In this document: piece by piece, positions 63,423 to 64,000 of the stretch
Layout of the letters: each line of letters starts with the position of its first letter
Position numbering within the stretch: position 1 is the stretch's first letter
Assembly: GCA_026708015.1 (NCBI GenBank)
Contig: JAPOVT010000043.1
Span: 8,429 to 72,428 of the forward strand
DNA from: a bacterium
Lineage (GTDB): Bacteria; Actinomycetota; Acidimicrobiia; Acidimicrobiales; Bin134
Reading direction: 5' to 3'
DNA length: 64,000 nt
Program-made: the position numbers and the translations under genes
Notes under the pieces: generated by a model
The model's database searches: none
Told to the model about the DNA's origin: nothing
What the model saw: the letters and a program-made list of their open reading frames with translations, nothing else

Positions 63423-64000
63423 ATGAACGATCCAATAGTCGAATTGCTCGAGGCGGTCTGGGACTCCATCGCCCACCTCGGTTCCGATTTGAGCGATGAG
63501 CAGTGGGACACGCCCACCGAGTGCCCCGGCTGGTCGGTGCGCGATCAGGTGAGCCACATCGTCGGCCTAGAGCGGATGCTGGCCGGAGAGAGCCCCGAGC
63601 CCCCCGCCACCGACGGCGGGCTCGAGGGCATCGCCGCCTTCAACGAGGGCCAAATCGCCCCTCGCCGGTCCCGGCCCGGCGCCGAGGTGCTGGCCGAGAT
63701 GAACGACATCTGCACCCGTCGCCTGGAGATGCTGCGCACCATGCCCGCAGAGAAGTGGGACGAGGTGGGCTTCACCCCCATCGGCGACGCCCCCTACCGC
63801 ACGTTCATGCACATCCGGGTGTTCGACTGCTGGGCCCACGAGCAGGACATGCGCCGGGCGCTGGGCATCCCCGGCCACCTGAGCGGCCCGGTGGTCCAGC
63901 ACTGCTTGGACTGGCACGCCCGCAACATGGGCTATGTGGTGGGCAAGAAGGCCGGCGCGCCCGACGACAGCACGGTGGTGTTCGCCATCGACGGCGACGC
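63423..64000 (+). CDS. DinB-like, mycothiol-dependent maleylpyruvate-isomerase-family protein; 3' end beyond the window
   Basis: Own translation: MNDPIVELLEAVWDSIAHLGSDLSDEQWDTPTECPGWSVRDQVSHIVG... An AGGAGGA Shine-Dalgarno lies 8 nt upstream. Not in the ORF track because no stop occurs in the window. Confidence 0.75.
   Translation, partial: MNDPIVELLEAVWDSIAHLGSDLSDEQWDTPTECPGWSVRDQVSHIVGLERMLAGESPEPPATDGGLEGIAAFNEGQIAPRRSRPGAEVLAEMNDICTRRLEMLRTMPAEKWDEVGFTPIGDAPYRTFMHIRVFDCWAHEQDMRRALGIPGHLSGPVVQHCLDWHARNMGYVVGKKAGAPDDSTVVFAIDGD

Noticed and set aside
1-64000. Scanned for CRISPR arrays, rRNA, intact IS elements and prophage structural genes
   Set aside because: None was seen. The only transposase or integrase sequences are the fragments at 20683-21051.

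Overview
High-GC, gene-dense bacterial chromosome segment. CarD, an F420-type LLM oxidoreductase, a mycothiol-type DinB enzyme and a UvrD-HRDC helicase fit Actinomycetota, but the taxon cannot be fixed from sequence alone. The core is housekeeping and metabolism: carD, tRNA-Pro/Glu/Ala, rsgA, moeA-moaA-moaC, plsY, MTA phosphorylase, uppP, pmbA/tldD, dxs, an Nfu-type Fe-S protein, a peptide-type ABC importer, many SDRs, and a beta-oxidation-like cluster (CoA-transferase, acyl-CoA synthetase, hydratase, SDR, thiolase, ACAD). Small accessory insertions interrupt this core. They include five type II toxin-antitoxin modules, two of which sit next to truncated host genes. There is also a decayed tRNA-Glu island carrying a NYN-domain gene, and a lower-GC NERD plus hicBA islet. 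The most interesting observations are two independent in-frame TGA codons, each followed by a SECIS-like hairpin. One lies in a UGSC-motif protein paired with a conserved 348-aa unknown (13223-14849). The other lies in a 355-aa SAM methyltransferase (21223-22290). Together they suggest selenocysteine recoding and an uncharacterised selenoprotein two-gene cassette. Other oddities are two exact 41-nt-period duplications of translational-coupling junctions that create mini-ORFs, three tandem copies of an ACAD 3' terminus differing almost only at synonymous sites, and a 164-nt hairpin with a perfect 20-bp closing stem abutting the MTA phosphorylase start codon. An ATP-grasp/alpha-E/transglutaminase cassette and an apparently circularly permuted family III CoA-transferase are also present. 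No CRISPR array, rRNA or intact transposon was seen. All functional calls come from motif recognition by eye, with no database searches.
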